64,000 nt of DNA from the human T2T-CHM13v2.0 reference genome, Homo sapiens. The position numbers were made by a program, and so were the translations under genes. The DNA is taken from positions 19,872,001 to 19,936,000 of the forward strand of contig CP086569.2 in the NCBI GenBank assembly GCA_009914755.4, read 5' to 3'. Positions 27,661 through 40,204 of the stretch are shown here, piece by piece. The notes beneath the pieces were generated by a model. The model was not told the DNA's origin. It worked only from the letters and a program-made list of their open reading frames with translations, and searched no databases. The number at the start of each line of letters is the position of its first letter. Positions within the stretch are counted from its first letter, which is position 1.

Positions 27661-28219
27661 CCTGAAGCCCCCACCCGCAACACAGAATTCTATGCAGCCA
27701 TAAAAAAAGGATGAGTTCATGTCCTTTGCAGGGACATAGACGACACTGGAAACCATCATTCTCAGCAAACTAAGGCAAGAACGGAAAACCAAACACCTCA
27801 TGTTCTCACTCATAAGTGGGAGTTGAACAATGAGAACACATAGACACACGGAGGAGAACATCACACACCAGGCACTGTTTGGGGGTGCGGGGGTAGGGGA
27901 GGGATAGCATTAGGAAAAATACCTAATGTAGATGACGGGTTGATGAGTGCAGCAAACCACCACGGCACATGAATACCTATGTAACAAACATGCACGTTCT
28001 GCACATCTACCCCAGAACTTAAAATATTTTTTAAAAATCTGTAAACAGAAGAGTCAGTCATCTAAAACTGATAAGTCTTCTTTCATTTCTAGAAGACATA
28101 CTATTTTTCTGTTGATATTTCATTTATTTTCTATTTTAATGTATGTGAGTCATTAACATAAAGGTTTGTAAACTGCTTAGAGCTCGTTCAAGAATGCATG
28201 TGAAATAATTGATGCAAGT

Positions 28220-28519
<300 letters not shown>

Positions 28520-29451
28520 CTAATAAAACTAGTAATTTTAACAGCAATTCTAAGGGGCATCCTGTTCTCAGGGCAGCACAATCCTCTGAGAACTCCCCAA
28601 ATGGTTTAGTGCACTCCACTCAGCAGAAGCACGGGTGAATCAGACACTCAACGAAAATGAAGCAATGGCTCAGCAGAGACCATCCACGTTTCTTCTCATT
28701 TCCTATGAAAAATACAAATTTGGAGCTTTAGATGGGTGGGTGGCTTCCCACCTAAAGAATGAACTCCTAAACCTTCTTTGCAGCTGTTTAGGATCAGGTG
28801 ACTGATTATGGCCAGCAGAAGATAAGAAGGGACATGTGTTCCTTTGGGTCCAATTACTTACTGGGCCCTTGCTTCCCCTCCCCTGTGGGCCACTGTGGAG
28901 GTGGGGCAGTTACTGGGACCCAGCCTGCAAACTTACATATGAGGGATGACAAAGCTGCCCTTGTACCACCAACCTGGTCTATTGGTGAGGGTGAAAAACT
29001 CTTTCAATTTAAGGTGTATCAGTCACATTTCAGTACAGGAAACAGATGCCATCTTAGACCATGTAGCAGAAAGTGACTTCAAACACAGAATGAGATGTTT
29101 CTAAAATCAGAGGAAAAGATAAAGTTCATGACTGAAGATCCAAAATTACTCTCCAAAATATTGGTCCTTAGAAGACCCAGGACAAGGATCACATCTGACA
29201 CACATGGTTTGGAGAACACCATGCACACAGTGCCTCCCATCCAAGCCCTGAAGCTAGAGAGCAGCAGCAGGAGCTTAGACCTCCCCAAGCATACCTGCCC
29301 ACAGAAAACACACAAGCAAAAAGATACTTCCTCCTCACTACCACCTTACAAGCTCTGTGAAAGTACGTTCAATGTTAAAGCAAATTCACATGGCTTTAAA
29401 GAGACTGTGAAAGATATCCGCAGGTCAGCTTTTTCTCTCTCTCTTTCTGTT

Positions 29452-29706
29452 TTTTTTTTTTTTTTTTTGAGATGGAGTCTCATTCTTCACCCAGGCTGGA
29501 GTGCAGTAGCGGGATCTCGAGTCACTGCAACCTTCTCCTCTGGAGTTCAAGTGATTCTTGTGCCTCGGCCTCCTGAGTAGCTGGGATTACAGGGGTGTAG
29601 CACCATGCCTGGCTAATTTTTGTACTTTTAGTAGAAATGGGGTTTCACCATGTTGCCCAGGCTGGTCTGGAAATCCTGACCTCAAGCAATCCACCTGCCT
29701 CAGCTT
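29452..29706 (-). mobile_element. Alu SINE, truncated at its reverse-complemented 5' end
   Basis: T28 then 'gagatggagtctcattcttcacccaggctggagtgcagtagcgggatc' through 'cctgacctcaagcaatccacctgcctcagc'. Confidence 0.85.
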
Positions 29707-30922
29707 TTCTAAAGAAGAGCAGCTTCAGAAAGGGTGGACTAATGGTTGACCATACTAATTTACCGCACTGCAAGTGTTACTGTAGCTCAAACTGTGTATT
29801 AACTATTAACAGCGAAATTCATTTTCAACACAAGCTAGTTTACACAAAAAGAAATATTCTCTAATAACCTGATAATTATGAAACTTCTAGTAGAATGTCT
29901 GATATGTACTCAGATGATTCCAGGAATAGGGTGAGTTTGAGAATGTAAATATTACATTGTCATGGTAATTTTCAAAACATGAAATTTTCATACATCAAAC
30001 TACTTTTGATACATTAAAATTAAGAACAGGTTGGCAAGAAGCTCATTTCTATACACACATCAGCATTTACAGGAATGCATTTCATCTAGTATAGTCAACA
30101 TCAGATGACTGAATAAAGACACAATAAGGAGAATGTCATTTGAAGCTTTTCATGGTAACTTAAAAATCATTCTGAAGTTTTCAATAATATAGGAAAGCCT
30201 CTGCTGTGAGGTCGAGGGCAACAACTTGGTCGCATTACTTAAAGGTCATTAAAATACATCCTTAATCCTAACATGTGGTTCATTACAAATGAAGTTGCTT
30301 TATGTTCAATAAAACTAATTAAATGTAAGTGGTATTGTTTACTGCTACATGAAGCTTTTGAAATATGACATGAAATAAAGCATGTCATGATTTATTGAAT
30401 ATTGCTGTGGCCTTGTGGTCTTTAATAAATTTGCTTGAGCATAAAAGCCAGAAACATATTTCTCAGATGTCTATGGTTTCTGAAAACTGCGCCTCCAGAC
30501 AGCTATGAAGCAGAAACTGTACCTGGCATTACAGGATCTGCAGCACTATTATTACATGACTCTTACAAATTTTAATTCTCTGACCATATTAGGTGCTCTG
30601 ATAATCCAACAGAATTGATAAAGTTTCTTGGCTGCTTCCTCAGCTCTTCAAGATGGGCTCTCAGGTCTCTAAGTTTACTTAACCTGGCTCACACCACGGA
30701 CACAGTCTTAAGTGACACAACTGGGGATACACAAAATAGGCTCATGGCCTGATAAACCAAACAGGCTCATGACCTGGACGGTCCATTTGACCCAGAGGCT
30801 GCGGGTAATTAGTGTATGGTTAATGTGGCATTTGTAAGCCAGGAACAAGGAGACATAAAGGGTAAACTTCAGAAGTTAGAATGTTTTGAAGGCATGAATA
30901 TTACCCAGCTTATCCTGTCCTG

Positions 30923-31318
30923 GTGGCTACTAAGGTGTTTGTAAATCAGGATGAGGAGGCCAGGAGCAAAGCTAAATGCAGAGCTAAGGAAAAGGCAGAC
31001 TGGCTGGAGACAGCCTTAGTTGGACAAGAAACGGGTTTTGTGAGAAGACATGGTCATGGTCAGAGTAGAGGACAAGCTAGGCAAAACCAAGAAGCTAAGC
31101 CAGGACAAGGGTGCCAACCTAAGCTTGAGAGAGATCAATGTTCAAGATGCACGCAGATGGGACACTGTAAGAACGAATGCCCAGAAAGAGAAAAGGAAAG
31201 AGGCAACAATCAGGGAAAAAACGGCTGGCCAGAACCCACCGCCACTGGTCAAGGGGTTCAGAAGTCAGACATGGATTTAATTGGACTGGCAGGAATCAAT
31301 GATTATTATGAGGACTGA
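30923..31318 (+). pseudogene. ERV gag C-terminal (nucleocapsid) ORF remnant with a CCHC zinc knuckle
   Basis: 131-aa ORF containing 'CSRCTQMGHCKNEC' (Cys-X2-Cys-X4-His-X4-Cys) in basic Lys/Arg/Glu-rich context. It is followed in a different frame by protease. Matrix and capsid are not recognisable upstream. Confidence 0.7.
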
Positions 31319-31320
31319 GA

Positions 31321-31515
31321 TAGACCAGGCTCCATTTCATTAGGCCCGGAGGAGCCTATGGTCTCAATGGAGGTAGGGGGCCAGAAAATGGACTTTATGG
31401 TTGATACTGGTGCAGAGCACTCAGTAGTAACTCAAGCAATTGGTTCACTGTCTAAAAATTATTTCAATATAATTGGAGCTACAGGAATAATAGAAAGAGG
31501 CCTTACTTCAAATCT
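31321..31515 (+). pseudogene. ERV aspartic protease fragment
   Basis: Frame reads '...GPEEPMVSMEVGGQKMDFMVDTGAEHSVVTQAIGSLSKNYFNIIGATGIIERGLTSNLKDV*'. The active site 'VDTGAEHSVV' is at about 31396-31425. Terminated by a stop. Confidence 0.75.
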
Positions 31516-31674
31516 AAAAGATGTGTGATTGGAGGACAGCAAGTCCAACATGATTTTTTATATTTGCCAAATTGTCTGGTCCTCTGTTAGGAAGATAATT
31601 GCTCCAGAAATTGCAAGCACAAATCTCCTTTACTTGAGAAGGGGAAATGACTCTAAACCTAGGTCAAAGAAGCC

Positions 31675-32891
31675 ATGATAATGACCCTTACCATCCCCAC
31701 AACAGAGGAATGGAGACTCTATGAGAGGTGCAAAATTTGTAAAGATGCATTTTGCCAGCAGGAAAATGAGGCAATGTATAAGGAATTGTTTCTCAACCTG
31801 GCAGGGGTCTGGGTGGAGGACAGTCTCCCAGAGCTAGCCATAAATCAGGCCCCCGTAGTGGTGGAACTGCTGCGAGACACTTACCCAGTGCAAATTCGTC
31901 AGTATTCCATCCCAGTAAAAGCCACCCATGGGATTACAAAGCATATAGTCCGGCTCTTTAAATTTGGGATAATAGAAAGATGTGCCTCTCCTTGGAACAC
32001 TCCATTGTTACTGGTGTTAAAGCCCATAGGAGATTACTGGCTGGCACAGGATTTGCAGGCCATACATAAGGTTGCAGCTACATTATATGCCATTGTGCCC
32101 AACCCATACACAATGCTTGGGTGAATTCCTGCTGATGTTGCTTGGTTTACATGCTTAATGTTTGGATGCATTCTTCTGCATCCAACTGGCTCCTGAAAGC
32201 CAGGGCATCTTTGCCTTTGAGTGGAGCTCATCACAGTATACTTGGACCAAACTCCCCCAAGGATTTAAAAACTCCCCAACCATTTTTGAGGAAGCACTAG
32301 CCTCAGACCTGAAGGCTTTCATGCCACCAAGTGGCCACTGTGTACTGTTGCAGTACATAGATGATTTATGCACCCACAAAAGAAGAGTGCTTTCAAGGCA
32401 CAGAAGCCTCCTTCATGTTCTATGGGAGGCTGGCTATAAGATGTCTAAGGAAAAGGCACAAATCTGTGGCCAAAGAGCAAATTATCTTGGCTTCGACATT
32501 TCTAAAAGGCAGTGTTAAGGGGGGATGTGAGAGAAAAGAGACTGTGCATGGCATTCTTCGACCTGACTCTAGACAACAAGTGAGGGACTTTATAGAGGCA
32601 GCTGGCTTCTGTCACATTTGAATTCCAAATTACTTGTTCTTGGCAAGTGTGAGGCTTGCATTGTGTGAGGCTACCAAAGGGTGGGGTAAAAGAACCCCTC
32701 TGGTAGGGAAAAGAGCAGCACATGGCCTTCAAAGAAATCAGAAAGCCTTGATCCAGTCCCCAGCATTAGGACTGCCAGACATGACAAAGCCTTTTTACCT
32801 GTATGTCCATAAAAGAAAAGGAATAGCTACAGGAGCCTTGGTACAAACACTAGGGTCATGGTATCGGCCCATGACATATTTGCCCAAGTGA
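31675..32891 (+). pseudogene. ERV reverse transcriptase, split over at least four frames
   Basis: ORFs 31675-32124 ('LLVLKPIGDYWLAQDLQAIHKV'), 32162-32518 ('WTKLPQGFKNSPTIFEEAL...CVLLQYIDDLCTHK', YXDD box), 32361-32621 and 32634-32891 (connection domain). The frameshifts show it is non-functional. Confidence 0.8.
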
Positions 32892-33437
32892 CTAGACTTC
32901 GTGGCTATGGGATGGCCACTCGGTTTCAAGGCATTGGCAGCCACTGCCCTGTTGGCAGAAAATGCTAACAAGCTCACGTTTGGACAAAGGTTGATAATTC
33001 AGGTACCCCATACAGTCATCACCCTGATGGAGCAGAATGGGCATCGCTGGCTTTCTAACCCTCAGATGTGAAGGACTTTTATGTAAAAACCCCTACATAA
33101 CCTTGGAGACTGTGAATACTGTAAATCCAGCCACACTGCTGCCAAAAGAATAGGCAGAACATGGAAAGCCACCGTTATGTGGCCCAGAGTATCACTGTTG
33201 TGTGGAAACAGTGGATGAAGTTTTCTCAAACTTAAAAGACTTAAAGGAGCTGCCCTTACAAAATCCAGATGTTGAATTCTGATGGAAGCAGCTTCATATC
33301 TGAAGGTGTCAGACCGGCTGGACATGCAGTGGTAACACTGAATTCAGTAGCCGAAGTCTGCCCTCTGACGGTCGGATCTTCGGCCCAAAGAGCTGAGCTA
33401 ATAGTTCTCACTAGAGCTAATACTTCTCACTAGAGCA

Positions 33438-33908
33438 TTGCTCTTGGCCAGAGGAAAATCAGTAAACATCTATAATGACTTAAGGTATGCTTTTGCCACT
33501 TTGCATGCCCATGGAGCCATATATAAGGAAAGAGGATTATTAGCTACTGAAGGAAAGGAAATCAAAAATAAAAAGAAAGTACAGCAGCTCTCAGAAGCCA
33601 TATGGGCTCCAAAAGAAGTAGCAGTCATCCATCGCAAAGGGCATCAAACAGGAGGAGGTGATGAGGCTAGAGGAAACAGAAAGGGGGACAGAGAAGCCAA
33701 AGGAGCTGCAATGACAGAGGTAACTAAGATGGAAGAGGAAACCCTTACCATGCCTTTACTGGAGCTTTCCCTTATGGAACCCCCTAAGTACTCCTTTAAT
33801 GAAAAGGCTTCGTTTGAGCAGGAGAGTGTAAGTTACCAGAAAGGAGGTTGTCAGAAATTCTCAGATGGGAGGTTTACCATACCAGAAGTAATACCCCCCG
33901 GTTCATAA
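33438..33908 (+). pseudogene. ERV RNase H domain (C-terminal part of pol)
   Basis: 'NIYNDLRYAFATLHAHGAIYKERGLLATEGKEIKNKKKVQQLSEAIWAPKEVAVIHRKGHQTGG' is the MLV-type RNase H pattern 'TDSRYAF..HGAIY.ERGLLTSEGK.IKNK..I..LL.AL..P..VA.IHC.GHQK'. Confidence 0.75.
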
Positions 33909-34619
33909 AGCAGTTTCATCACGGAATGCATGTGAGAAAAACTGCATTAGAGACTCTTGCAGGACAGCCTTTCTATGTGCCACGCCTAACTGCCATCACT
34001 AGAGCCATTTGTGAGCAATGTTTAACTTGTGCCCAAAACAATCCACAGCAGGCCAACAAGGCCCCCAGGGATTCAAGAAACTGGAGCTACACCCTGTGAA
34101 AACCTCTTTGTGTACTTTACCAAGCTGCCTCAAGCCAGAGGCTACCGGTATATGCTAGTGTTTGTCTGCAGTTTCTCAGGGTGGGTCGAGACATTTCTCA
34201 CTAGGACAGGGAAAACTCGGGAAGTAACGAAGATCTTATTAAAGGACATTATTCCTAGATTTAGGCTGCCTCTAATTTCAGGATCAGACAGTGGTCCAGC
34301 ACTTGTGGCAGAGATAGTACAATAGCTAACACAGATGTTAAAAACCAAATGGAATCTGCATATAGCTTATCACCCACAAAATTCTGGAAAAGGTGAAAGA
34401 ATTAACTGGACACTTAAACAGCTGTTAAAGAAGTTTTGCCAAGAAACTCATCTAAGATGGGATCAGGTGCTGCCCATGTTCCTTCTCCAAGTCAGGCGCA
34501 CCCCTACTAAATTAACTGGGTATTCACCCTATGAGATAGTGTTCGGCCAACCACCCCCAATCATAACTCAGTTAAAAGGGGATTTAAAAGAAATTGGGAA
34601 ATTAACCTTAAGAAGATAA
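33848..34619 (+). pseudogene. ERV integrase (zinc finger plus catalytic core), three frames, with the first catalytic Asp apparently replaced
   Basis: HHCC finger 'FHHGMHVRKTALETL...CEQCLTCAQNN'. Core 'YMLVFVCSFSGWVETFLTRTGKT' aligns to the MLV integrase motif 'VFIDTFSGWIEAF', as I recall it, with Cys in place of the first Asp. Then 'ISGSDSGPALVAEIVQ' and 'IAYHPQNSGKGERINWTLKQLLKK' (the E of DD35E). ORFs 33848-34099, 34029-34325 and 34335-34619. Confidence 0.75.
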
Positions 34620-35185
34620 ATGCAAGCCTTAGGTGAGGACATGCAGGAAACAGAAGGGTGAGTAAGAGAAAGAATACCTCTTAGCCTCAGAGATGCAATA
34701 CATCCCTTCCAACCGACTCTGTCTGCATCAAATGATGGAACCCAGCCATCTTCGAGCCTTTATGGGATGGTCCCCATACTGTGACCTTATCTACCCCCAC
34801 TGCTGTTAAAGTTGCAGGTATCACACCTCGGGTTCATCATAGCCAGCTGAAACCAGCAGTGACCGCAACTCAGGACCAGTGGCCCAGTCAACAAAACCCA
34901 GACCACCTGACATGGATGATCCTGAGGTGAAACTAAGCCACTGCTGACAAGGACAACTGCCCTACGCTGACCACACCAGAGGCTGGTTGGTCCACACACG
35001 GCTGAACCTTAAGGAAACATCAAGCCATGCTCTTGTCACACATCCAGAAGCTGGCTAGTCTACGCATGGCCGAAGCCTGAGGAAGTCAACAACACAAAAG
35101 TAAATGTGGATTTAATTTACAAGCATACTGGATTGAATTTACAAGCATAGTTAATACTCGTACCTGTACTGATTATTTTACTGTC

Positions 35186-36792
35186 ATGTTATCTTTGCAA
35201 ATGCTGCCAAGGTTGTTACCCAGAAGGGTGCTCACGCATAGTATAAGTTTAATCATGTTAGTAATATTGAAGCCACTGACACTTGCACCTATGGTTACAA
35301 AAGGGGACCAAGATGACTGTCATCACTGCATGATAGAAGCCTGGTCCAGAAAAGGTATGACTAAAACTATGTTTTGCCAGACCTACTATAAGTGTACAGG
35401 GACTCATACAGGAATTTGTGTCTATAACCAGACTAGTTACTCAGTCTGTGATCCCAGAAATGGGCAGCCCCAAGTATATTAAGACCCAGAGTTCGTGCCC
35501 TAGAACTTCTGAAGTCCAAACTGGTGAACCCCTAATGCCATCATATACAAACCCCACAGAAATCAGGGTCAGTAAACCTGTAAACAAAAAAGAAGTATTC
35601 CCTCACTCGCATAAAGGCCCTGTCTCCATATATTTTGATGCCTGCCAAGCTTCACATCTCAGCAAACTAAATAATATTGGGACCATCTGTAAAAATCTAG
35701 GACAAGAAAGAGTCAGCCAGCAGAGCCACCAAGGCCATAACAGAAGAATCCAAAAAGGAGTGCCCTGATTGTGATAATCAGTGGACCACACGTGAATTTA
35801 TCAGCACCTATACACAGGAAGTGTTGCTCTGTTTGCCAGCCAAGAGGTGAAGATAGGGTGCACAACTGGAACTTGCAACCCACTCAATCTGACAATACTA
35901 AAGCCAAATAAGCCTTTCTGGACTGAAAGGCATAAATTTAGGGCTATTAACCTTTGATCAGGCAAGAAATCTCCTAGGACTTGGTATTCCTCTGGTCATT
36001 ACCAGGAAAACCCAAAGGATCCAAGTTCAAGTTAGCCCAATGCAACACTTTAGGTTTTATACATCTTTCAATGAACACTTTAATCCTGAAGTATCAAAAA
36101 ATCAAATTCCTCCTATATCAGCTGAAAACCTGTTTGCTCAGCTAGCTGAAAGTATTGATAACAATTTAGGAGTTACTGTATGTTATATATGTGGAGGTAC
36201 TAATATGGGAGATCAATGGCCCTGGGAAGTTAAAGAATTGATGTCACAAGAAAATTTTACCTTGCCTGATTTTGTTACACAATTCAATGCAAACCAAGCA
36301 TTTGGCTACTAAGGAACCTCATCATTGGAAAATCTTGTTATCACCTGTTGGGACAAGGCCTTTCAGAACCAGGTAGGGGAAGCAACTTGCCTAGGTCAAC
36401 AACATTTTGAAGAATCCGAGAAGAGAACACAATGGAGAAGCTTTACAGACAATTCTTCTGTGTCAGACTTTAATCGCTTTTTGCAGTTCCCAGCACTAAA
36501 TCAATCATGGTACCAATTAGATGCTCCAAGTGTTTGGAGAACACGTGCAGGGTTATATTGGATCTGTGAAACAAAGGCTTATCAATTACTACCCCATAAA
36601 TGGACAGGACCATGTGTATTAGGAACAATAAGGCCATCCTTTTGCCTACTCCCACTGCAGCAAAGGGAAGATCTAAGCTATCTGGTCTATGATGAAGGCA
36701 GAAAAAGAATTAGAAGAACTGTGTTTACAAAAACAAATACTGTGGAAAAAATAGAGACTAACATTAAAAAAGACATTAAAATAGGGAGCTAG
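35186..36792 (+). pseudogene. ERV env surface (SU) region, four ORF fragments
   Basis: ORF 35186-35482 starts with a hydrophobic leader ('MLSLQMLPRLLPRRVLTHSISLIMLVILKPLTLA') and Cys-rich 'CHHCMIEAW...CQTYYKCTGTHTGICVYNQTSYSVCDP'. ORFs 36040-36312 and 36325-36792 end with the basic 'EGRKRIRRTVF' (furin-like). The sequence after that motif is not a hydrophobic fusion peptide in this frame, so the SU/TM junction is disrupted. Confidence 0.65.
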
Positions 36793-37070
36793 AAAGATAA
36801 CGAATGGCCCCCTGAACAAAATTATCAAATACTATGGGCCAGTCACCAGGGCACAAGATGGGTCATTGGGACACTGTATTTCTATTTATATGTTAAACCA
36901 TAACATATAAATAGGTTAAATCATAAGGTTTCAAGCAGTTCTGGAAATTAGTCAATAAAAGAGCCCGAGCCTTAAGACTTGCTAGCCATACAGGTGACCC
37001 AGATGACAGATGTCATTTATCAGAAAAGGTTAGCACTGGATTAATCTTTTAGCTTCAGAAGGAGGAGTTT

Positions 37071-37451
37071 GTGGAAAACTTAACAAATTGCTGCTTACAA
37101 ATTGATGACAATGGAAAAGTTGTCATGGAAATCACTGCCAGGATGCAAAAGTTAGCTCATGTTCCGGTCCAGAAGTGCTCTTGTTGCAAACTGAATTCAC
37201 TCTTTGGAGGATGGTTTTCACAGTTTAGAGGCTTTAAAACTTTAATAATCGGCTTTGTAGCCATAATAGGTGGATGCCTACTGCTTCCCTGTCTCCTGCC
37301 ACTTCTCATCAGAAGCATCCAATCCACCATAGAAGCAGTAGTAGACAGATACCACCACCCGAATAAAGGCTCTGCAAAGTACCAACTGGTATCCCAGGAT
37401 GAGTATGTACCCACTCAAGAAGAAATAGTTAACAGTGGTGCTCTTTACTAA
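37071..37451 (+). pseudogene. ERV env transmembrane (TM) C-terminal ORF: CC motif, membrane anchor and cytoplasmic tail
   Basis: 126-aa ORF '[34 protein letters not shown]...[47 protein letters not shown]...'. Just upstream in another frame lies '...[13 protein letters not shown]'. The spliced-together motif 'GGVCGK(F)[11 protein letters not shown]' matches what I recall of the ERV3/HERV-E-type TM ('ALDYLL..EGVCGKFNLTNCCLE.DD.GKV...KLAHIPVQ'). Confidence 0.7.
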
Positions 37452-38060
37452 TCTACATTTGTGCTGAGCACCAAAGGGCAGAAATGAAGAATGAATTAAT
37501 GATATCAACTATAACTTAATAGTAGTAGTGATAGAAATTTTAAAATCCTCTTAAAGTTGCTGCAAAGTGTGAACCTCCTTACACTCAAGTTAAAAGAGAA
37601 AACAGCCTGTCTTCTTTCTGCGGTCAGTGGATCTTATCTATACTCCCCAACTTCACATTCCTACAAGTCCAGTGAGTTCCTGCTTACCTCCCTAGCACTG
37701 CTGCAGGAGCAGAAGATCAAGAAGTTTAGGTTGCAAGTTTAGGTTACAAGTTTTTCTCAAGATGTAACAAATGTCCTAATGCTTGATTAACTGCCTGTGT
37801 TTCTGGCTTCTGTAACTTGCTTCCCAACTCACGTAGCTCCTGACTTAAGATGTTTAAAATGAGGAAAAGTCCTTTGGTCGGGGCTCAGATTTTCTGGACG
37901 TATGTCTGGCTGAGCCGGTGATCATCTTAATAAATTCTCCTGAACATTTTTCATTCTCTCCAGTCTTTGATTGTCCTGCAACAATGCCACTCATAAAAAT
38001 AAGAAACCATTCTTGTAATATTGAAGATAATAAAATGTTACTTCCTGTAATCATGGCAAA
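37452..38060 (+). other. Possible 3' LTR or other post-env region of the ERV. Boundaries unknown
   Basis: Non-coding sequence directly after the env stop. It contains an AATAAA ('cttaataaattctcctg' ~37925) and 'ctcataaaaataag'. I found no matching 5' copy upstream, so this call is weak. Confidence 0.25.
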
Positions 38061-39290
38061 GAGCATTACTCAGAGTTACAGATAACAGTATGGTAAAATT
38101 GTAACTATTTCATTTAGGTGTAATCTACACGCAAGAAGCTGCACATATTTAAAGTGTAAAATTTGGTTTTGATATTTGTATATGCCTGTGACCACCTCCA
38201 TCTGAAGGTACTAAACATTTCTATTAGTCACAAAGAGTTCCTGTACCCCACTTGCATCCCACGCAACCCTGCACTCTTAACCTTTTTCACTTGCCGATTG
38301 GTTTGTACAGAGTTTTATATTAATGGAACCATACACCAAAACTCTTGGCTTGGTTGGTTTCTTTGGCTTTTTTTTTCCTTTTGGCAATTTCTTTCTAATA
38401 CAGTGCTTTGATTCTACACTTTCTTTTCTACTGCACTAGGCAAAATTAAATCTATTACAAAATTATCCTTTAGTGAGACTTAACTCCCAAGTTGTCTACT
38501 GCCAGTGAACCTACAATTCTTAGAAATTTCTTCAGCAGGAAGACAAAGAGGGTGGGGCTTTTGCGCAAGTGTTACCCCAAACCAAAATCTCCACTCATTT
38601 AAGGATTCATAGTCTTTATTATCCTCCCATTTATCCTGGAGAGATTACTTGAGGATGCACACAGGAAAGAAAATAACACAAAGAAGAAACATGTAACACT
38701 AAGCCAGAAACAGTAGCACTAATCCAGCAATCAGTTCCAATTACATTAGAAAGTCAATAGGCTGCAAGAATGTCTCCATGATAAAACTTAATTTATCTTA
38801 ATAAATAGTATGAGACTAATAAGTTAATAAGGTAATGCCACAGATTTATTCTGCAACATAAAAAGGCAAGTAGAAAACACTGGGAAAGCAGAGTGAGGAG
38901 GGGAAAGAATTGAGGAGGGAAATGATGACACAAACGCAGGCTGGAGTGAGACATCATTCTGTTCAGATCGTAACATGTAATAATAATAATAATAACCTAC
39001 TTAATCTTAACTCTAAAACAATTATCTAGCCATAAATAGTAAGTGACATGATTCAACTTCCCTCTCCTAGGTCTTTGCACATCAAGTGGAAACTGTAGGA
39101 AACAATATTTTAATAATCACAATACTGTCAATGCAAATTACCTGGATCTTTTCAATTCTAGCTACTGACAAACATTTAAAAGTGGTTAAAATGATAAATG
39201 AACACTGGTGGACAAACAACCTTCTAAACACAAAACAAAGCCTGCAAGTGCATAAAGGAAATTATATATTTTAAGAAGAGAAAACACACA

Positions 39291-39622
39291 GGCTGGGCAC
39301 AGTGGCTCACGCCTGTAATCCCAGCACTTGGGGAAGCCTAGGAGGGGTGGATAATTTGAGGTCAGGAGCTCCATACAAGCCTGGCCAATATAGTGGAAAC
39401 CTGTCCCTACTAAAAATACAAAACAAAACAAAACAAAACAAAATAATAATTAGTCAGTCATGGTGGCACACACCTGTGGTCTCAGCTACTTGGGAGGCTG
39501 AGGCATAAGAATTGCTTAAAGCCAGGAGGTGGAGGTTGAAGTGAGCAGAGATCATGCTACTGCACTCCAGCCTGGGTGACAGACTCAAACTCCATCTCAA
39601 GGAAAAAACAAACAAACAAAAA
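39291..39622 (+). mobile_element. Alu SINE with an (AAAAC)n-expanded linker
   Basis: 'ggctgggcacagtggctcacgcctgtaatcccagcacttggggaagcc' ... 'aaaacaaaacaaaacaaaacaaaataataatt' ... 'ctccatctcaaggaaaaaacaaacaaacaaaaaa'. Confidence 0.9.
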
Positions 39623-39886
39623 ATTTGCAGAGATACACAATTTCTAATATGAGAAGAAAACCCATAACATAGTGCTGAATAAATATTCTACTAGAAAAAA
39701 AAAAAAAATATATAACATTATCCAACCATGTAAGAATGTGGCCAGGGGAAGGTACTATTACAAAGGATTTATACCAAAATGTTCATAATAGCCAGTGCAC
39801 ACTGGCAGGTTATGAGGGTTTTTCTTCCACTTTGTGATTTATGTATTATTTTAAATGCACATATTACTATTAAGAATCAGGAATAA

Positions 39887-40204
<318 letters not shown>

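Larger units (their letters stand above)
30440..37451 (+). mobile_element. Internal region of a class I (ERV1, gamma-retrovirus-like) endogenous retrovirus, defective. It runs gag(NC)-pro-pol-env. No 5' LTR was recognised. Family is unassigned, though the env TM motif resembles the HERV-E/ERV3 lineage
   Basis: The order is a CCHC zinc knuckle, a DTGA protease, RT motifs (LPQGFKNSPTIF, YIDD), an RNase H tail (AVIHRKGHQ), an integrase HHCC zinc finger, a central 'GSDSGPAL' and 'GERINWTLK', then env with signal peptide, furin-like RKRIRR and a TM anchor. Many frameshifts and stops lie between the fragments. The 5' boundary is set only by loss of recognisable coding similarity upstream of about 30440-30900. 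Confidence 0.8.

Noticed and set aside
28520-30440. A possible 5' LTR and gag matrix/capsid for the ERV upstream of the NC zinc knuckle
   Set aside because: I looked for sequence similar to the post-env region at 37452-38060, and for a PBS ('tggtgcc...' or 'tggcgcc...') followed by a Gag-like frame. I found neither. The interval is AT-rich and contains an Alu. I therefore report the provirus as 5'-truncated or degenerate instead of inventing LTR coordinates.
37452-38060. Assigning the ERV to HERV-H on the basis of the env C-terminus
   Set aside because: My first impression was HERV-H. But the post-env sequence does not resemble the LTR7 consensus as I recall it ('tgtcaggcctctgagcccaagc...'). 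The TM motif also fits my memory of ERV3/HERV-E TM better than the HERV-H 'LQNRRGLDLL' type. Family is left open.
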